Origin: the human T2T-CHM13v2.0 reference genome, Homo sapiens | Reading direction: 5' to 3' (one strand) | DNA length: 64,000 nt | Assembly (NCBI RefSeq): GCF_009914755.1 | Contig: NC_060942.1 | Shown here: in pieces, positions 58,384 through 64,000 of the stretch | Position numbering within the stretch: the stretch's first letter is position 1 | Layout of the letters: the number at the start of each line of letters is the position of its first letter | The notes under the pieces: model-generated | Told to the model about the DNA's origin: nothing | The model's input: only the letters and a program-made list of their open reading frames with translations | The model's database searches: none | Translations under genes and position numbers: made by a program

Positions 58384-61300
58384 CACCTATCCAGTTGTGG
58401 GGCTCACTGCTTGCAATTTCGTTCCTTCCATATTTTGCTTGTTTTGTTTGTGTGATAGAGCAAGAGATCTCCCTCCTTGTCTTCTCTTTGTCCTTCAACA
58501 ATATCTCGTGTGACCTGATTTCTAGACCCTTCTCTCTTCCATTTGTATGTACTATGTTTTATCAGTGATATTCCTTAGAAGGTGGTACCCAGAATGGACC
58601 ATGCCCCCACTAGCAGACCAGTGCAAGTATTACACAACTATTTTCTTCCTTTATCTGGATGGTGTATAATTTTGAAATTAAACTGGTTTACTTTAGAAGG
58701 CATCCCACATTTTTGTCTGCTAAAAGTGGAATCGTTTAAAATGTCAGATTTTATATGAAGTGCTATTAATTCAAGTCTTCCCAGTTTAGAAGCAGGGCTT
58801 GATATTTGTTCTTTCTGCTTTCCGTCTTATTGGTTTGAGCCCATCATCCAGACTTGGAATCTTTTTCAGTGCATTAGTTATTTCTCCCTGCTTTATGACC
58901 TCTGTGAATGTGATGAACAAGCCTTCTGTGTTGTCTGTGTTGACTAGTTAACTGCTGAGCAGGCCCCAGTAAGACTTCTGCAGCACAAGGGTAGGGATCT
59001 TCTCTACCTTTTCATCAGCCCTGACGTCACTCTCCAATATGGTTTTTCAACTCAATATAAAGTAACCCTTTTGCAGTGTCTCATTAGCTCAGTGTTTAAG
59101 AGGGTATGTTCAAAAGTAGAACAAGGTATACCACACCAAAATATCAATGAAATGTGAGAGTAGAATAGAGACATCTTTAGAATATCAAAAAATGTGCCTC
59201 CCTTGTCTTAAGAACTAGTAAAGGATTCACTAATTCTTCATCTTGTTCATAATTCAGATTTATTCATCTTGTTAATAATAATACTCTAATAGATTTCTTC
59301 AGATGCTGTACTAAGATCAGAATATGTGCATTAGTGGACAGTGTAGGTCTATAATTTACATTTGTAGTATTGTACCTAACTTATAAGTGTATAAAGGGAT
59401 TTTAAAACATTCTTGACATGCCTTGAGTTGCAGTAATTTTGGAAATATGCAATTTTTAAATAAGCAACAGCATTAATCATCATCAGGATTTTCAGAGGTC
59501 ACCTAGAGAGTTATTGCCTGGATTATTGTTGTGGGATAGGGTAGGTATATGTAAGTATCTGGTCAAGGAGATTAGGAAGTTATACATGTCTCAACAGTAT
59601 GTGAAACTCATTTTGCTCGCTTTGCATCTGCTGTCATTTTTGTGACAAATATTTATTGGTGGAGTATTTATAAGAATGTATAAGTTCTTGATTTAAAACT
59701 TATGTCTTATGTTACTAGGTTTTTAAAGTTGACAAAAAGTTATAGTAAAACAGGTAGGTATGAGATTATTCACATACTGTATTAGTTTTAAATATCACTT
59801 TAAGAAAAGTTGGTTTGGGATAAAAAATAAAAATTCAGGTTCCTCTGGTATTAAAATTGTGATTCTTCTTGATATTTAGATATTTGCAGTTGACTGTATA
59901 TGATTCATGAAGTGAGGCACCTGATGTATAAGTGTACTTTATACTTTTCTAAGAATAATTTTCTTTGAATATGAGATGCTTTCTTTAAAGCTTTATGAGT
60001 TTAGTTTTAATTTTAAGGAAAATTAAAAGAAAAATGTGAAGATTAATTGAAAGCTTTGTAGTCATGTACAAAGTAGTCATGTAAACTATTTACAATGTTT
60101 TGTTGAGTGGTTAGAACCAAACTTACACAGATATTTTCTTATTCTCTTCCAACTGGAGTTCGTTCTTTTTGAAGTAAATGTGGCAGGTGCAGTAAGGCCA
60201 CTTTCCTCTCATGTCTGGCCAGGATTCACCTAAATTTTGGTGAAGAGTGAAAATATACAACAAACGAAACCGTCTGCCACTCCCAAGCAACCAGCCCCTA
60301 CCTCACTGTTGCTGACAATGTAGGGCCTCACCAGTCAGCCCCTGGACAGGGCTCCTGCTGGGCCTCATTTCTGAGTTTTAGGGCGGATCCTGTCAGCACA
60401 TGTTTTGGGATGTGATTCCTTCACCAGCCAGTCACACAGAGATCAAAGACGTTTTTAATTTGCGTTTAACTACTTTTTGAATAGCCATCACCATACTAGC
60501 AATTGCTATTGTATATCAGTCAACCCTAGACATGCGTGCTTTTTTGAAATCTGAAACAGACTTAACCTCTCCAAATGCTGAATATGAAAATATTCATTTT
60601 CTTGCGTCTATTTTCATCTATTTTCCATAAAATTATCAATAAAAGAAGATAATATGAACACAAAGGATGATTTTATTTTACTTGATTGATGCTTTGTAAT
60701 GATTTTCATTATTTGAAAGAAGCCTTTCAACTAAAACTTCTAAAAAGATAGTCCATTAGTCAACGGGAATTTTTATATTGGCATATAACTTCAAATTAAA
60801 ATAATTTAACAGCATTTTCAGTAATACCTTTTTGTCATTTTAATAGGATAATTATTAGTGTATTAATTCTTCTGCATATTTTTACAGTTTAACAAAAATC
60901 ACTCATTGAATATCTTATATTCAAAGATGACTTCTCAGAGCTGTGACTGATAAACATCTGTCACACAACAAACGTGTAAACAATTTGTCCTTTGTCAAGT
61001 TTATGAGCTGACATCTGTTTGAATGACAGATGTCAGTGCAGTTAAGATGCAATTTAATTTGGGAAGGTTAATCTAAAAGTCACTCACATTTTAACCATTT
61101 GCATTTGAAAAACAAACGTGACCATTGCTGTCAATATAATTGGCTCTTTCGACGGTGAGAAAGGATGAACACACAAAACTAGCAACTATTCAGATAAAGC
61201 TTTTTATGGTTATGACTTGTAAAGAGATCTCAAAATTAGTCATTGTGACCATTTTGTGAGCCATTGTGACCAGTCAGAAGTGTATTGATTAGCAATGGCT

Positions 61301-61641
61301 GACATTTTCAAAATGGCCGTGTAGAAAAATGTTATTGGATTTATTAATGTTTCTCATCAGCTGTCATCACCAACAAGTTTAAGTAAAAATGTCACAAGCT
61401 GAATCTGTTTAATAATTTGCTATTGTAAAATTTTAAACAGGTTTTATTACCTCTAATTTTGATTAGTATATTAAAATGCCACTTTGTCAAATCATTATTA
61501 GTGAATTTAAGAAGAAACATAAGGGAAAAATAAGTGAAAACATAGCTTGGGAATTAGTTGAGATATTGAAAGATTTTGATTTATTGAAATGAAATTTATA
61601 TAACATTAAGCATTTTATAGTGAATAATTTGATGTGTTTTT

Positions 61642-61889
61642 CTTTTTTTTGAGACGGAGTTTCGCTTTTGTCGCCCAGGTTGGAGTGCAATATGCGTGAT
61701 CTCGGCTTACTGCAACCTCTGCCTCCTGGGTGCAAGCTATTCTCCTGCCTCAGCCTCCCAAGTAGCTGGATTACAGGTGCCCACCACCATGCCCAGCTAA
61801 TTTTTGTATTTTTAGTAGAGACGGGGTTTCACCATGTTGGCCAGGCTGGTCTTGAACTTCTGACTTCAGGTGAGCCACCGTGCCCAGCC
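61642..61889 (-). mobile_element. AluS with deletion in the left arm
   Basis: Reverse Alu in which cttcaggtga is joined directly to gccaccgtgcccagcc. Confidence 0.9.
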
Positions 61890-63747
61890 GATTTGTTTTT
61901 AAGAATAGAAGAACATTAAGAGCTGACCTACTACTATTCCATAACTAAGATGGGTACATATCAGTATAAAATGAAGGACTAGTACATTTCTATTTAGACA
62001 GAATTCTGAGATATTTACGCATTTACATCTTAACCAGCATTATGAACAAGAATAAGAGTGTTTCAACAAAAGCACTGCATTATGATGATATATAAAAGAC
62101 ACATCTGGGTTTGTATTATTTAAGTCTAAGCACTCAGCATATGCTAACATTTGTGTGTCATTGTTGCTTTATTATTATTTTTTTTTTGCCTTTTATTTCT
62201 TTATACCTGAAAGTATGTTCTTTGATCCTTATTTAAGTTCTTAGACATTTTATGCTAAAGCAGGGATATACAGCTTAGAGAATATTAGGTTTGTATTCTT
62301 TGCTGTTTATTGAACTGTTGACTGATTGTACCAAACTGGATCTCCTGCCCTTGAATAATGCAATAGTTTGAGGAAGTTAAGTATAGTTTTCCTTAACATT
62401 TTTGGACATCTGCTGATAGAGTATGGACACAAAATCTTTAGTGACTAAATTTCTACTTCTAAATTTGTACATTTTATATCTATTTAATTTTGATCCTGGG
62501 ACACCCAAGAATGTGAACGACAAAATTGTTTCCATAGCAGAAAGTTTTAAAAAATTGTTTACTGATTTAATTGTTTGGTACTAATTTTAATTTTGCTGTA
62601 TATACTCAAAGCTGGGAAAAAGACACAGCCTGTATTTTAAGGTCAGTCATATAGATTCTCATGAACTGGAATTAGAACTGAGTGATGTTTATATGCGATG
62701 CTGTATCTTAAGGAGCTTAAGCTAAGTGGGATGTGAATTGTTTTGCGTATTCAATGTGTAGAGCATGTTAATCATCAACATCATTTTTAAGGGTTTGAAA
62801 TTTCATTAGCTTTAAGTTTTTTTATAATTAGATACAGGATTAAATAGACAAGCTAGAAATATATAAAAAGAAATATGTTAAAGCAAGACTTTTATTACTT
62901 TCAAATAAAAACTGTGTATGATTATTTTAAAGATTATTAAGGCTTCTTTGTAATTAGCATACATTTATTCACATAAAAACCTTAACTTATTCACCATTCT
63001 CCATATTGTTTATGCTCTATACTTGTGTGTTTAACAAAGCTAAATTAACACAAAAGAAAGCCAGTTTGATTCAGCATAAGTTTTCTCATAATTCATATAT
63101 TTTTATTGATATATAAATAGTTGTACATATTTTTAGGTACATGTGATATTTTGATACCTGTATACAATGTATAGTTATCAAATCAGGGTCTGCATAAATT
63201 ATTTGTATTATGGAAATTTGCAAGCACACACAAAATTAAAGAGAATAATATAATGGACGCCCATTTACTAGTTACCTTCTTTAATAGTTGTCAGCATATA
63301 GTCAGTCTTGTTTCATCTATTCTTCCCTTCACTAGATTATTTTAAAGCAAACTCCAGATATCATATTATTTTGTCATTAATGTTTCAGTGTGTATCTCTT
63401 ACTTATAAGACTCAACTTATATGATTAATAAGTTGACTCAACTATGACTCGTCTATAATGTTATTAAAATTATTACTATTCTTTAATATTATCTAACATT
63501 AGGTCAGTGAATTGACACAAACTCTATAGTATTAGCCAAGCTATACTAATCTAGGTTCTTCTGTACCAGAAAATCTCATGGGAGAAAAAAATAGTATAAA
63601 GCAGAAGACCATGGCAATCAGCCACTTATTTTTGAAGTCGATAGAGTATTTATGGCTTATAATTAGATGTATCTGGTATGATTTTGTCCAGGTGGAATAT
63701 TTTAAATCATGGGGTGAGCCTATGGAAATATAAAACTGAAAGGACTC

Positions 63748-64000
<253 letters not shown>

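Overview
AT-rich, Alu/L1-laden primate DNA. An L1HS pre-Ta diagnostic points to human. The window lies inside the WDR7 gene (rabconnectin-3 beta) on the + strand. Four phase-compatible coding exons (737-835, 3386-3504, 5488-5611, 40002-40115) splice to ...[153 protein letters not shown]..., which I recognise from memory as WDR7. The rest is intron filled with Alus, L1s, MIR/L2, MLT LTRs, MADE1, MER20 and a Ricksha-like MuDR element. Nearly all ORF-track entries are spurious or repeat-derived. I see no convincing new multi-gene system. The best leads are: a GC-rich, frame-preserving 93-nt candidate cassette exon at 13342-13434; a phase-compatible candidate alternative last exon at 48989; a pre-Ta L1HS nested in an MLT2 inside an old L1; an internally deleted L1PA with a templated junction; a tailless 5S rRNA retrocopy; a candidate antisense exon; and an E-box/TGACA-dense candidate enhancer. 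Repeat subfamily calls are by eye, and boundaries without a TSD are approximate.
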